This document shows positions 19,885-29,497 of a stretch of DNA of 64,000 nt, piece by piece. The position numbers and the translations under genes were made by a program. This DNA comes from an uncultured Candidatus Saccharibacteria bacterium. GTDB taxonomy: Bacteria > Patescibacteriota > Dojkabacteria > J137. The stretch's first letter is position 1. Each line of letters starts with the position of its first letter. Location of the stretch: positions 9,991-73,990 of the forward strand of contig CAZSKK010000002.1 in NCBI GenBank assembly GCA_964607415.1, given 5' to 3'. Under the pieces are notes generated by a model. That model was given only the letters and a program-made list of their open reading frames with translations, made no database searches and had not been told where the DNA came from.

Positions 19885-20589
19885 ATGGATAAATCCTTGA
19901 AAAATTTCTACAAAAAAATTAAGGTAGAATTTTCTAATGAATCAATAATTAAAGAAGCACTGACCCATAGATCGCATTTGAATGAATCAAAAAATAAGGC
20001 ATTAAAGAATAACGAAAGAATGGAGTTTTTAGGTGATGCGGTTTTAGAAATGATTGTAACAATATTTCTACTAAAAAAATTTCCCGAATTCCCAGAAGGT
20101 GAACTTACAAGCTTAAGAGCAAGCTTGGTTAGAACAGAAAGTCTAGCTGAAGAAGCAAAAAGAATTGACTTAGGTAGTTTTATTTTAATGAGCAAAGGAG
20201 AAGAATCTACTGGGGGGAGAAATAGACCTTACATTTTAGCCAATGCCTTTGAAGCATTGATCGGAGCTATTTATTTGGATAAAGGATATGAAGCCGTTGA
20301 AAATTTTATTTTAAAAAATGTCTGTTACAAAATAGATAGTATTGTTGAAAGTAAGGGGTATATAGATTCCAAGTCAAGACTACAAGAACTATCTCAAGAG
20401 GTTTTAAAAATAACACCTAACTATAAGCTCCTAGGTTCAAGTGGTCCTGATCACAATAAAACATTTGAAATGGCAGTTTATATTGGTGAAAAGATCCACG
20501 GCAGAGGGCAGGGTAAAAGTAAGCAAGAGGCCGAACAAAATGCTGCCCTAAATGCCCTAAATTCATGGAGTGACGAAAAAGCAAACTAG
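19885..20589 (+). CDS. rnc: ribonuclease III
   Basis: ALTHRS, NERMEFLGDAVL, FEALIGAIYLD, dsRBD GKSKQEAEQNAA. Confidence 0.97.
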   Translation: MDKSLKNFYKKIKVEFSNESIIKEALTHRSHLNESKNKALKNNERMEFLGDAVLEMIVTIFLLKKFPEFPEGELTSLRASLVRTESLAEEAKRIDLGSFILMSKGEESTGGRNRPYILANAFEALIGAIYLDKGYEAVENFILKNVCYKIDSIVESKGYIDSKSRLQELSQEVLKITPNYKLLGSSGPDHNKTFEMAVYIGEKIHGRGQGKSKQEAEQNAALNALNSWSDEKAN

Positions 20590-20660
20590 ATTTATGATTG
20601 CTTTTATTGATTCTTATTGCTAAAATATTCAAGTTTTAATTAAGTTTAATATATAAAAAC

Positions 20661-21032
20661 ATGGTAAGAATTAGATTATCAAGAGCAGGAAGAACACATT
20701 TAGCATTTTACAAAATTGTTGTAACTCCTCTAAGAGAGAAAAGAGATTCTAAATTTATAGAACAGTTAGGATATTACTCACCTCATACAAAAGAAATAAA
20801 ACTTGAAAAAGAAAGAGTAGAATACTGGCTATCAGTAGGTGCACAACCTTCAGATACAGTTAAAAGACTTTTTGTTAGACAAGGCTTTATTAAAGCTACT
20901 GATAAAAAAGTTGCTTTTAAAAATGCTCCTAAAAAGAAATCAGTAGAAAGAGCTAAAGCTAAGATAGAAAAAATAGAAGCTAAGAAAAAAGCAGCTGAAA
21001 CTCCAGAACCAGAAGCATCGGCTGCTGAATAA
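20661..21032 (+). CDS. rpsP: 30S ribosomal protein S16
   Basis: MVRIRLSRAG, FIEQLGYY, YWLSVGAQPSDTV. Confidence 0.96.
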   Translation: MVRIRLSRAGRTHLAFYKIVVTPLREKRDSKFIEQLGYYSPHTKEIKLEKERVEYWLSVGAQPSDTVKRLFVRQGFIKATDKKVAFKNAPKKKSVERAKAKIEKIEAKKKAAETPEPEASAAE

Positions 21033-21087
21033 ATCACATTGAACTTTCTTTGAATCAAACTTTTGAAAGAACTTGGAAGTTTTTTTC

Positions 21088-21837
21088 TTAATTAACAGTC
21101 TGCCTTGATTCTATATATTGTTTAACTTTTTCATCAATCTGAGCCGTTAATGGAATTCTTTTGTAAACAGTCTGCAATTCCTCAGAATCTTTATCACTAA
21201 ATTGATATTTTACAACTTGAATTTCGAACGACCAAGGTTTTTGTTCTATATTATTATAATCAGAGTCTGAAAAATTAAGCTTCATTTCTTTTACAACAAC
21301 AAAATCTTCAAGCTGATCTAAGGATTGCAAAAAATTCTTAATATTATTCAAAGTCCCATTCATTTTAAATTCAGATGGCACTTCCTGAAGCCCAACAACA
21401 CCTATATAATTATTTCCTCCTTCCGGTAGGTTTGATAGGTTAGGTTCTACCACTTCACTGAATCTCTGTGACGATATTTCAAGGTTACTTTTTAATGCTA
21501 GCGCTGTTATTCTATCTCTAAAATTTACAACCTCTGTTGTTCCACTTGGAGCAATACTATTTATAATACTTAATTGATCAAGAATAATCACAGATCTTGA
21601 TGAGATAGAAGATAACTGCGATAAAGTATTATTTTTTTCAGCAATTTGATTATTAAGTGTATTTATCTCATCTAATTCGGAAAAAATATCTGAAACCTTT
21701 GGAAATACAAACCCTACAATAATACCTATAAATACTATTACAGAAATTATGGGAATTATATAGAGTCTTAAAATCTTAATAAAATTTGAAGACTTTGTTT
21801 TTTTCTTCTTTTTTGATATTTCATCAATTTCACTCAT
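21088..21837 (-). CDS. PilO-like type IV pilus assembly protein
   Basis: N-terminal TM, coiled coil, GTLNNIKNFLQSL pattern; third gene after pilM. Confidence 0.65.
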   Translation of the reverse strand: MSEIDEISKKKKKTKSSNFIKILRLYIIPIISVIVFIGIIVGFVFPKVSDIFSELDEINTLNNQIAEKNNTLSQLSSISSRSVIILDQLSIINSIAPSGTTEVVNFRDRITALALKSNLEISSQRFSEVVEPNLSNLPEGGNNYIGVVGLQEVPSEFKMNGTLNNIKNFLQSLDQLEDFVVVKEMKLNFSDSDYNNIEQKPWSFEIQVVKYQFSDKDSEELQTVYKRIPLTAQIDEKVKQYIESRQTVN

Positions 21838-22391
21838 ACATTATTAACTGTGAACGATATTGTAAGTCTTACGGTATTCTCTTCCTTGGATACTTGTCTT
21901 AAAAATATATCTTCTATGCCTGAAACGGCATTACCTTCTTCAATGATTTTAGCTGCTGTATCGTAATTTGAAGTAACTATTGTCAGGGCAAACTTTCCTG
22001 TACTTTCCCTACCATAAGAAATGATTTTTGAATTTGGATCAGAAGCAACTATTTTTGAAGTTGTATCTAAAAATTTAATTGCTTCAAAATCTGTCTCCAA
22101 AATAGGTCCTAGAGCTTGGGCTTTTACAAATAATTCCCCGTTTGTAGCTCTAATGGTATCAAAACTTGCTATTTGACTATCCTGTTTGGAAAGATCAGAT
22201 TTTAACTTATTAATTCTAGGCTTGATAAAAACCGTTTGAATTATACTTAGAATAAAAAAGATCAGTACAGCAAAGAAAATGAGAATAAAAGAGTAGAGTA
22301 TAGAATTATCTCTTTCTTGAATAATCACTATCTCTTCCTTTGATTTTGGAGGTATAAGATTAAATTTAAATAGTTTAGAATTATTTTCCAT
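21834..22391 (-). CDS. PilN-like type IV pilus assembly protein
   Basis: FNLIP (INLLP-like) motif followed by TM; directly after pilM. Confidence 0.7.
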   Translation of the reverse strand: MENNSKLFKFNLIPPKSKEEIVIIQERDNSILYSFILIFFAVLIFFILSIIQTVFIKPRINKLKSDLSKQDSQIASFDTIRATNGELFVKAQALGPILETDFEAIKFLDTTSKIVASDPNSKIISYGRESTGKFALTIVTSNYDTAAKIIEEGNAVSGIEDIFLRQVSKEENTVRLTISFTVNNV

Positions 22392-22393
22392 AA

Positions 22394-23437
22394 TTAATCA
22401 TTTTCACTTTTTAGACCAAGGCCCATAGCTACAGAATAGCTATGTATATTAACCTGGTCTACTTCTTTTCTAACATTACCTGATAATGTAATGTTAGCAA
22501 GTGGATTTACCAGAGAAGCTTTTATATTGATTTCTTTACTCAGGTATTCATCCAGTTTAGGAAGTAATGCACCACCTCCTGTCAAAAATAAATTTTTTAT
22601 TTCTGATCCACTAACCCTTTCCTTAAAGTAAGTAAATGTTCTTGAGATTTCTGAAACAAGAATCTTCATTATTGGCTCAATAGACCTGGCAATTTTTCCA
22701 TCACCATTGCTAAAGTCCATACCAAAAGTTGTTTTGTATTTTTCTGCCTGGACATTATCTATACCAAAATCAGCAGCAATCACTTTAGTAAGTGCATTAG
22801 ATCCGGTGCTTATGCTTTGAGAAAATACAACAACACCGTTTCGTACCAAGATAATATTCGAACTTTCTGCGCCAAAATCTAATACCATCATGTCTTTTAT
22901 CTCCTTATTTGCAAACGCTACCATCCTTGCAATCGCTAATGCCTCTGTTTCGACAGCTAAAAGCGTTAGTGACGCTTTATCCATAACGGTCTTAAGATTT
23001 TCTATTAAAGATTTTGGCGCAGCAACAACATACCAATTAGCCATAGCTTTATCATCTATTTTTCTTTCATCTATTTGTAAAAAGGAAACATTCACATTTT
23101 CTAAAGGCACAGGAATCAAAGGCTTTAATGCCCAATGTACCGATTCGGAAACCTCCTCGTCTTTTACAACAGGTAATGTTAAGAGTCTAGAAAAAACTGA
23201 AACTTCTGGAACAGAAACAACGCAGTTCTTTGTATCAATTCCAGAAGCTTTATATGCCTTACCTAACTCGTTGGAAAGGGCAGTTAATCCTGCCTCAGAA
23301 TTATTATCTAAAATACCACCAAGTGTTGGCACAGACCCTATATCAATCAATTGAGCCTTATCTCCATTTCTTTTCAATTGAGCAAGTTTTATAGAATTAT
23401 GACCTAAATCAAGTCCGAAAAATTCTGGTATAGCCAT
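22394..23437 (-). CDS. pilM: type IV pilus assembly protein PilM
   Basis: FGLDLG..SIK, LDFGA, LTGGGA, AMGLGLK. Confidence 0.93.
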   Translation of the reverse strand: MAIPEFFGLDLGHNSIKLAQLKRNGDKAQLIDIGSVPTLGGILDNNSEAGLTALSNELGKAYKASGIDTKNCVVSVPEVSVFSRLLTLPVVKDEEVSESVHWALKPLIPVPLENVNVSFLQIDERKIDDKAMANWYVVAAPKSLIENLKTVMDKASLTLLAVETEALAIARMVAFANKEIKDMMVLDFGAESSNIILVRNGVVVFSQSISTGSNALTKVIAADFGIDNVQAEKYKTTFGMDFSNGDGKIARSIEPIMKILVSEISRTFTYFKERVSGSEIKNLFLTGGGALLPKLDEYLSKEINIKASLVNPLANITLSGNVRKEVDQVNIHSYSVAMGLGLKSEND

Positions 23438-23553
23438 ATATGAAAAGTTACAAAAGTTAAAATGTTATAAAGTCTTTAAGATTTTAAGTTTAACGCTTTA
23501 ACGTTAAAACCTTACAACCTTAAAACTCAGCCATTATCATTCTACACAATCCT

Positions 23554-24510
23554 TCAGTTTGTATCTACTGAATCATTTGTTATGAAGCTATGATCAAATA
23601 CACTATCTACCTGTGGGAAAAGAGGAATTTGGGTAATAACTCTTGCAACAGGGCTTGCTGTATCGCTTGGATCAAATGAAACTGATTCAAATTGTCGTAT
23701 TTGGTAAGGGAAATTCCCGGGGTTTGTTGAAAGCACATCCAAGTCTATACTTCCATAAGTTTCTCTTGTTCTTACTGTTATTCGTAAAGATACTGTCGTA
23801 TGAGAAGCGTTCCAACCATCAAAAGTTGAAATATTAAAAGACACAGTATTATCAGTATCAGAAACATTGTTAACAGTAAAATTAAAAGGATGAATTGGAT
23901 TCAAATTATCGTATGGATTATCAGAGGCTAATGAAGTATAAACTTGATCCATATCAAAAACATCTTTTATAACTCTGTATTCGCCAGCAGGTCCTAAGTT
24001 TCTATAAATTAAGCTGAAGTCTAATGCTACTTCTGATCCAGTCCAACTAAAGTTAAGCCCTTGATTGTACCCATTTAAGTTTAAAACAAGGCTTTGATCT
24101 TTATTTATAGTATAGCCATCAACGTCTCTCGTGTCCGAAATTGTCATTTCTGTAAATAAGTTAGCTTCAGTTAAATCTATATTTGTAAATGTACACCTGT
24201 ATTGGTTTGAGTTCGTGGAAACGTTGCCCTGTGAACATGTTCCAGTAGCGGCCGAATTAAAGTCATTCGGAAGTGTGCTTAAAGAAGTTGTATAATCACC
24301 ATATTTTCTTATTATATTTAAAATGTTTGATTCAGAAACATTTAAAGCTTGCTCATACTTCTCAGTGTTTACAACTTCCAGAGTATCTCTTCTGGTTAAT
24401 ACAACAATACTGACAACTATAATACCCAAAATCATCAATACCAAAAGCGTAATTAGCATTATCTGTCCATTGAGTTTCTCTTGCTTTTTGTTATTTTTAT
24501 TTATTTTCAT
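23554..24510 (-). CDS. PilX/GspK-like minor pilin
   Basis: G|QIMLITLLVL pilin-like N-terminus lacking Glu5, ALNVSES. Confidence 0.65.
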   Translation of the reverse strand: MKINKNNKKQEKLNGQIMLITLLVLMILGIIVVSIVVLTRRDTLEVVNTEKYEQALNVSESNILNIIRKYGDYTTSLSTLPNDFNSAATGTCSQGNVSTNSNQYRCTFTNIDLTEANLFTEMTISDTRDVDGYTINKDQSLVLNLNGYNQGLNFSWTGSEVALDFSLIYRNLGPAGEYRVIKDVFDMDQVYTSLASDNPYDNLNPIHPFNFTVNNVSDTDNTVSFNISTFDGWNASHTTVSLRITVRTRETYGSIDLDVLSTNPGNFPYQIRQFESVSFDPSDTASPVARVITQIPLFPQVDSVFDHSFITNDSVDTN

Positions 24511-24528
24511 TTTAATCTGTAATCTTAT

Positions 24529-25068
24529 TTATAGTGTATAGTTTCTAGTTGAAATAGTTACTTGTCTTACAACGTTAGTAATGTTTAATCTCTCATTGCT
24601 ATGATTCCCAACAACAGTAAACAATATATTCCCTTTTCTAGGATCAGTCAAAGTTGCAACACCTCTTTCAAATGAGAAAGTAGTGACGCTTAGAACTGGT
24701 GATGTTTGAAAACTTTGGGCGCTTGATCCAGAAACAGAGTCTATTACATTTCTACAAACTGCATTGCCACATTGTGCCCAGGAAATCCTTTCTCCGTTTA
24801 CAACTAGATCACAGCTTTGGGTGCTGCCACTATCACCACAGTTTAAAATAATATCTGCATTTCTTACATCTCTGGATATTAAAGTTGTAACCTCACCTAT
24901 TTCTTCTCTGACAATACTTCTCGATAAGGTTTTGTTTGTAACTTGAATTGCAATGATTAATGCATTAAAAAGAATTGTTAAAATTACTCCTATTATTGCA
25001 AGGCTTATGATTACTTCCGCTAAAGAATATGCTCTTTTCTTTTTTTTATTGGTTAAGTTTTTTGTCAT
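24529..25068 (-). CDS. type IV minor pilin (PilW/GspJ-like)
   Basis: KKRA|YSLAEVIISLAII, ISRDVRNA. Confidence 0.8.
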   Translation of the reverse strand: MTKNLTNKKKKRAYSLAEVIISLAIIGVILTILFNALIIAIQVTNKTLSRSIVREEIGEVTTLISRDVRNADIILNCGDSGSTQSCDLVVNGERISWAQCGNAVCRNVIDSVSGSSAQSFQTSPVLSVTTFSFERGVATLTDPRKGNILFTVVGNHSNERLNITNVVRQVTISTRNYTL

Positions 25069-25069
25069 G

Positions 25070-25594
25070 TTATCTTAAAATGAAACTATCTTTTCTATAA
25101 CCTGTAACACTATTTATAATAGTTTCACCTTCAAGTTGATAAACTATTTTAGAAGTTATTGCATAAATACTTTGATCCAAGGTATTTTGAGGCGTGATCT
25201 CTATAACTAGACAAACGTTAATATTCTGTGCCTGTGATCCTTGAGTTAAATCGGTTATATAAGGACTTTGTGAATCACAACTATTTGCAGTTGAGCTTTC
25301 ACGCCTTAATGTATATTGATTATTCTGATTTTGGATACTAAAAAAGTAAACTTGCCCATTGACAGTGTTTACAAGAGAAGTATCCGAAACATAAATATCA
25401 GCAGGTGATTTTGCAATCTCCAGTGCCTTTACCATAACTCCATTTGCAGTATCTTCTATTTCATTATTTTTAATCGTTGCCAATGCTTTAACCACAAGAG
25501 TAGTAGAAGCAATCACTGTAGTTGATATTATTGCTAAAATAATTAGTACTTCAGCAAGACTTGTAGCTTTCTTTTTTTTCTGCATAATAATCAA
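25070..25594 (-). CDS. type IV minor pilin (PilV/GspI-like)
   Basis: KKKA|TSLAEVLIILAII. Confidence 0.75.
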   Translation of the reverse strand: MIIMQKKKKATSLAEVLIILAIISTTVIASTTLVVKALATIKNNEIEDTANGVMVKALEIAKSPADIYVSDTSLVNTVNGQVYFFSIQNQNNQYTLRRESSTANSCDSQSPYITDLTQGSQAQNINVCLVIEITPQNTLDQSIYAITSKIVYQLEGETIINSVTGYRKDSFILR

Positions 25595-26130
25595 TTTAAT
25601 TGGAGTGTATCATTATCCGCATTTACAATTATGCTTCTTAAATCTCCTAAGGATGTTTGCGTTAATCTTATTGTGCAAGAACCTGTTGGATCTGCAGTAA
25701 ACAACGCACCATTTGTTTGGACTAAATCAATGTTACCAGTTAGCCTTTCAAATGCAATTCCTATACAACCTTCGATTTGAAGCTGCACACCTGAAGGCAT
25801 TATCACACTTTCCTGTTGACTTAAAGTAGAACAATTTAAACGATCAGATAGAACCATACAGTCAAAAAAATCATATGAATTATTTTCAACTCTTAGAGTG
25901 TATAAGTCAGGTACTGCATTAGGAATATCACTTGATATGGCTGAACTAGCAACTGAGTTTTTTGCTTTATTTTGTAAACTCTTTAAAGAAGAAACTAGTT
26001 CGTTATACGAAGTAGTAAGTTGTGTGTAGTTTCTGAATCGAATTAACGCAATTGTGCCAAGGCCAAAAAGAAAGGCTATAACTCCAAGTACAACCATTAT
26101 TTCGAGCAAGGTGAAAGCTTTTTTATTCAT
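25591..26130 (-). CDS. type IV minor pilin (FimT/GspH-like)
   Basis: KKA|FTLLEIMVVLGVI, IAFERLTG. Confidence 0.82.
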   Translation of the reverse strand: MNKKAFTLLEIMVVLGVIAFLFGLGTIALIRFRNYTQLTTSYNELVSSLKSLQNKAKNSVASSAISSDIPNAVPDLYTLRVENNSYDFFDCMVLSDRLNCSTLSQQESVIMPSGVQLQIEGCIGIAFERLTGNIDLVQTNGALFTADPTGSCTIRLTQTSLGDLRSIIVNADNDTLQLN

Positions 26131-26189
26131 ATTTGTAATCAGAGATTTACTAATACCAGTTTATATTCTAATCTAACATAATTCAAGAA

Positions 26190-27002
26190 CTAGGTAAGCC
26201 AAACAAAGTTTATAAAATCTTCCCCGAAGCCAATAACTATCAAGAATCCTAAAAAAATAAAAGGAACTAAGGGCACTAAAACATCTCTAAATTTCTTGAC
26301 TAACATAGCTAAAATTAGCGAAAATACTCCCCCTGTAAGTAAAGTAAAGAAAATTGATATAAGTGAATAAGGCCAGCCTAAAGATAGACCAACTATTCCC
26401 ATAATATCAACATCGCCTTCACCAAGTCCTTTTTCTTTAGAAACTTTAACTAAAATGTATGTTACTGCCCAAAAAATCAAACCGATTAAAAGATTATCCA
26501 CTTGGCCAAGTTCAACATTTTTAAAAATTAAATCACCTGATAACTGGAAAGAAAAAAATCTAACTGATACAACAAATAGATTTGAAAAGCCTACAAACAT
26601 TAGAAAAAGCTTTACAACATTTGTTGGAATAGAGTAGCACAAGGAATCAAATATAGAAAGGTAAAGAAAAAATATGTAACTAGCTATAAAAAAAATCAAA
26701 ATCACAAGAATCTCCTCTATTTTTAAATTTTCGATACTTCTAAGATACCTCTCTAAACTAACAATCAAAAGAAAGGAGCTGATAAGTCCTAACAGCTGAA
26801 TAAAAACAAGTCTCAAATGTTTCTTAAAATCAATTTTTTTATAATAAATAACTTGCAAATAAAAAGGTAAAAAAATTGAGCGAATTAAATCCCCTTGCAG
26901 CATATTAAATCTATAAATTTTTTCTTGTTTATCTATAAAAAACAAAAAAAGATTTGAAAGAACAGATCCAGTATATAGAAAAATCAAGGAGACAATAATC
27001 AC
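26190..27002 (-). CDS. pilD: prepilin peptidase (A24 family)
   Basis: Multi-TM; SIFD and GEGD aspartates, VPLVPFI; GTG start; inside pilin cluster. Confidence 0.82.
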   Translation of the reverse strand: MIIVSLIFLYTGSVLSNLFLFFIDKQEKIYRFNMLQGDLIRSIFLPFYLQVIYYKKIDFKKHLRLVFIQLLGLISSFLLIVSLERYLRSIENLKIEEILVILIFFIASYIFFLYLSIFDSLCYSIPTNVVKLFLMFVGFSNLFVVSVRFFSFQLSGDLIFKNVELGQVDNLLIGLIFWAVTYILVKVSKEKGLGEGDVDIMGIVGLSLGWPYSLISIFFTLLTGGVFSLILAMLVKKFRDVLVPLVPFIFLGFLIVIGFGEDFINFVWLT

Positions 27003-27021
27003 TTAAGAAAAAGTTAATAAT

Positions 27022-27438
27022 TTAATTCCAATTTGAAATAGGAGGACATTCATCTGTGCCTAAACTTTTTATTTCATTCGACTCAAGTTGTATACAAAAA
27101 ATAAAACCATTTGCACTTTTATTATAAAAATACTTGGTTCCATTGGAACTAGTGATACTTGCAGGCTGAGTAAATCCAGAGAACGTATAATAAGTCCTGT
27201 TATCAATTCTAAAAGTTGATGGATTAAACTCTACGTTAACTTTTTGTGGGTAAGACAAGGTTACCCTTGTATACCTATTTATTTGATTTACTATTTCAGC
27301 CCCTACAGTAAGCCGTTTTTTATCTCTTGAGTTTTTTTGCAAAATAGATGCGCCATAAAGGCCTAGCAGCAAAAGAACTGCAATAATCACCAAGGTCACC
27401 ATTATTTCTATTAAAGTAAAAGCTCCCTTTTTCCTCAT
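27022..27438 (-). CDS. type IV pilin
   Basis: MRKKGA|FTLIEIMVTLVII, SRDKKR; ATG at 27438. Confidence 0.85.
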   Translation of the reverse strand: MRKKGAFTLIEIMVTLVIIAVLLLLGLYGASILQKNSRDKKRLTVGAEIVNQINRYTRVTLSYPQKVNVEFNPSTFRIDNRTYYTFSGFTQPASITSSNGTKYFYNKSANGFIFCIQLESNEIKSLGTDECPPISNWN

Positions 27439-27462
27439 AAAAAAATTATATAGTATATAAAC

Positions 27463-27506
27463 AAAAACTGGTAGGTTTGAGCCATTCCTCAAAACCTACC
27501 AGTTTT
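27463..27506 (-). terminator. intrinsic terminator after the first pilin gene
   Basis: AAAACTGGTAGGTTTTGAG...CTCAAACCTACCAGTTTTTG on the minus strand. Confidence 0.75.
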
Positions 27507-27521
27507 AAAATTTCAATAGTT

Positions 27522-27977
27522 TTAATTAACTGCAACTGGAGTTGTACAATTTGGAAGGCTAGGCTCTCCAAGTTGAAGGCCCCATAGACTTCCTTCTAAA
27601 TCAACGGAAAGTTTGTATGATCCAGCATTAACAGAGTAACAATATCTTGTATATGTTGAGTTAACTGCGCTTGTAGTATTCTGAGGTACAGTTGCACCTG
27701 TAAATCTATAAACTACCTGACTATTTATTTCGACTCTGTCCGAATAAAATCTAATACCTGCTGCGGTATTGTAGGCTGGATAATTAGCTGTAGCTTCAAA
27801 GTATTGTTGAATAGCCAAATTAATATCATCAGCAGCTTTTCTTCTAGAAGTATTTCTTAAAGATCTTTGAACAAGTGAAATACCGTAAATGGACATTGCA
27901 GCAAGAATTGCAATAACTCCCATTGCTACCATAAGTTCCAAAAGAGTAAAACCTTTTTTTGTTTTATTTTTTCTCAT
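27522..27977 (-). CDS. type IV pilin (candidate major pilin)
   Basis: KKG|FTLLELMVAMGVIAIL, C-terminal Cys pair, followed by a terminator. Confidence 0.88.
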   Translation of the reverse strand: MRKNKTKKGFTLLELMVAMGVIAILAAMSIYGISLVQRSLRNTSRRKAADDINLAIQQYFEATANYPAYNTAAGIRFYSDRVEINSQVVYRFTGATVPQNTTSAVNSTYTRYCYSVNAGSYKLSVDLEGSLWGLQLGEPSLPNCTTPVAVN

Positions 27978-28016
27978 TATTAAAAATTAAAAAATACAAA
28001 TTTAAGAACTTACTTT

Positions 28017-29246
28017 TTATTGAATCTTTCCCAGTATTGAATAAATTGGCAAATAAACTGCAATAGCAAGAAATCCAACCATTAACCCAGCTATAACTAG
28101 AATAAAAGGTTCCAAAAGCTTTGTCAAGTTATTAGTCATCTGTTCAACTTCATTATCGTAAAACACGCTCATATCTTCCAAGACTTTATCCAACTTTCCT
28201 GCTTCTTCTCCTGTTGCTATTATTTTAAGAAGAACCACTGGAATTGCTCCGTAAGTGTTATTTTTAGCCAAAGAAATAGATAAGCTTTCTCCTTTTTTTA
28301 TACCTTCAACTGAATTTGCAACAGCCTCTACGAATATCTTATTTCCTAAAGCTCTTGAAACTATATTTATTGCATCCAGAATAGGAATACCACTTTTTAG
28401 AAGCATAGATAAAATTCGGCAAAATTCAGCAAGCTCAATTTTTGTTGTAAGTTTGCCAAATACAGGAATTTTCAGTTTAAAACGATCTACCAGAATTTTG
28501 CCTTGCTTAGTTGAATTTATGTACTTATAGACAACAAATAACATAGCAAAGAAAAGAAGAGTCAAAAATAAGCTTACAGGTTTACCAAGTATTTCACCAA
28601 TAACAACAAGAATTTGGGTGACCAAAGGTAGTTCATCCTGACCCAGACTGGTATACAATTCTTTAATTTGAGGAACCATAAAAGTTATCATTATCGCAAG
28701 AACTATGAACATTATTATGAAAATTATTATTGGATAAATCATTGCACCCACAATCTTACCTCGTAGATTCTTACTTTTTTCCAAATCTTCAGAAACCTTC
28801 TGAAGCATTTCACTTAAATTACCACTTTTTTCTCCAGCTGCAATTAAATTTAGTTGCACCTCTGTAAAAATACCTTCTTCTCGTCTAAATGCTTCAGACA
28901 GAGTTATACCTGATTCAATCATTTTATAAACATTTTCCAACTTTACTTTTATAGAATCTTTTTCGGCCTGCTGACCTAAAATATCTATACACTGAATTAA
29001 AGGAATGCCTGCTGCAATCATTGTAGCTAGTTGTTTTACAAGAACAACCTTTTCAGAAAGTGGATAGCCACCAATTTCAATATTAATTATCTTATTCAAG
29101 TTAACCCCGACTTTTTCATCAACAGAAATAACAGTCAAATTGTTGGCAGTCAAATAGCTAACAACGTCATCCTTGGATTCGGATTCTCGCATCCCTTTTA
29201 TTCTTTTTCCTTCTGCAGTAATCGCAGTATAATTAAATTCGGCCAT
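28017..29246 (-). CDS. pilC: type IV pilus platform protein PilC/GspF
   Basis: QLATMIAAGIP, AGEKSG, AMIYP, GEEAGKLD, LLEP, YLPIY. Confidence 0.95.
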   Translation of the reverse strand: MAEFNYTAITAEGKRIKGMRESESKDDVVSYLTANNLTVISVDEKVGVNLNKIINIEIGGYPLSEKVVLVKQLATMIAAGIPLIQCIDILGQQAEKDSIKVKLENVYKMIESGITLSEAFRREEGIFTEVQLNLIAAGEKSGNLSEMLQKVSEDLEKSKNLRGKIVGAMIYPIIIFIIMFIVLAIMITFMVPQIKELYTSLGQDELPLVTQILVVIGEILGKPVSLFLTLLFFAMLFVVYKYINSTKQGKILVDRFKLKIPVFGKLTTKIELAEFCRILSMLLKSGIPILDAINIVSRALGNKIFVEAVANSVEGIKKGESLSISLAKNNTYGAIPVVLLKIIATGEEAGKLDKVLEDMSVFYDNEVEQMTNNLTKLLEPFILVIAGLMVGFLAIAVYLPIYSILGKIQ

Positions 29247-29275
29247 ATATAAAAAATGCTTTTACATCTTACTTC

Positions 29276-29350
29276 TCCTGAAAATGCACATTATGCATTC
29301 AAATGCAGTTAATTTAGTTACACTCAACAGCACAACATGCTGTCTCAGGA
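29276..29350 (-). repeat. four-way-junction dispersed element, copy 1
   Basis: Homologous to 53065-53152 and 62246-62331; closing stem TCCTGA/TCAGGA plus three hairpins. Confidence 0.8.
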
Positions 29351-29497
29351 TGAGGTTTTAAGTTAAATTCTTTTTTTATGTTCTCGACAACAGCATAATA
29401 TGCTTTTTCGAGTTGATCCTGAACTTGCTTGCCAGCCTATGCTATGGTTTCAGGATTGAGATACTCTTGATTCTTAATTTCCCTTGAATCATTCTGT

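Noticed and set aside
27439-27492. Extended N-terminus of pilin 27022..27492
   Set aside because: It overlaps the terminator hairpin, and the class III signal peptide begins at ATG 27438.
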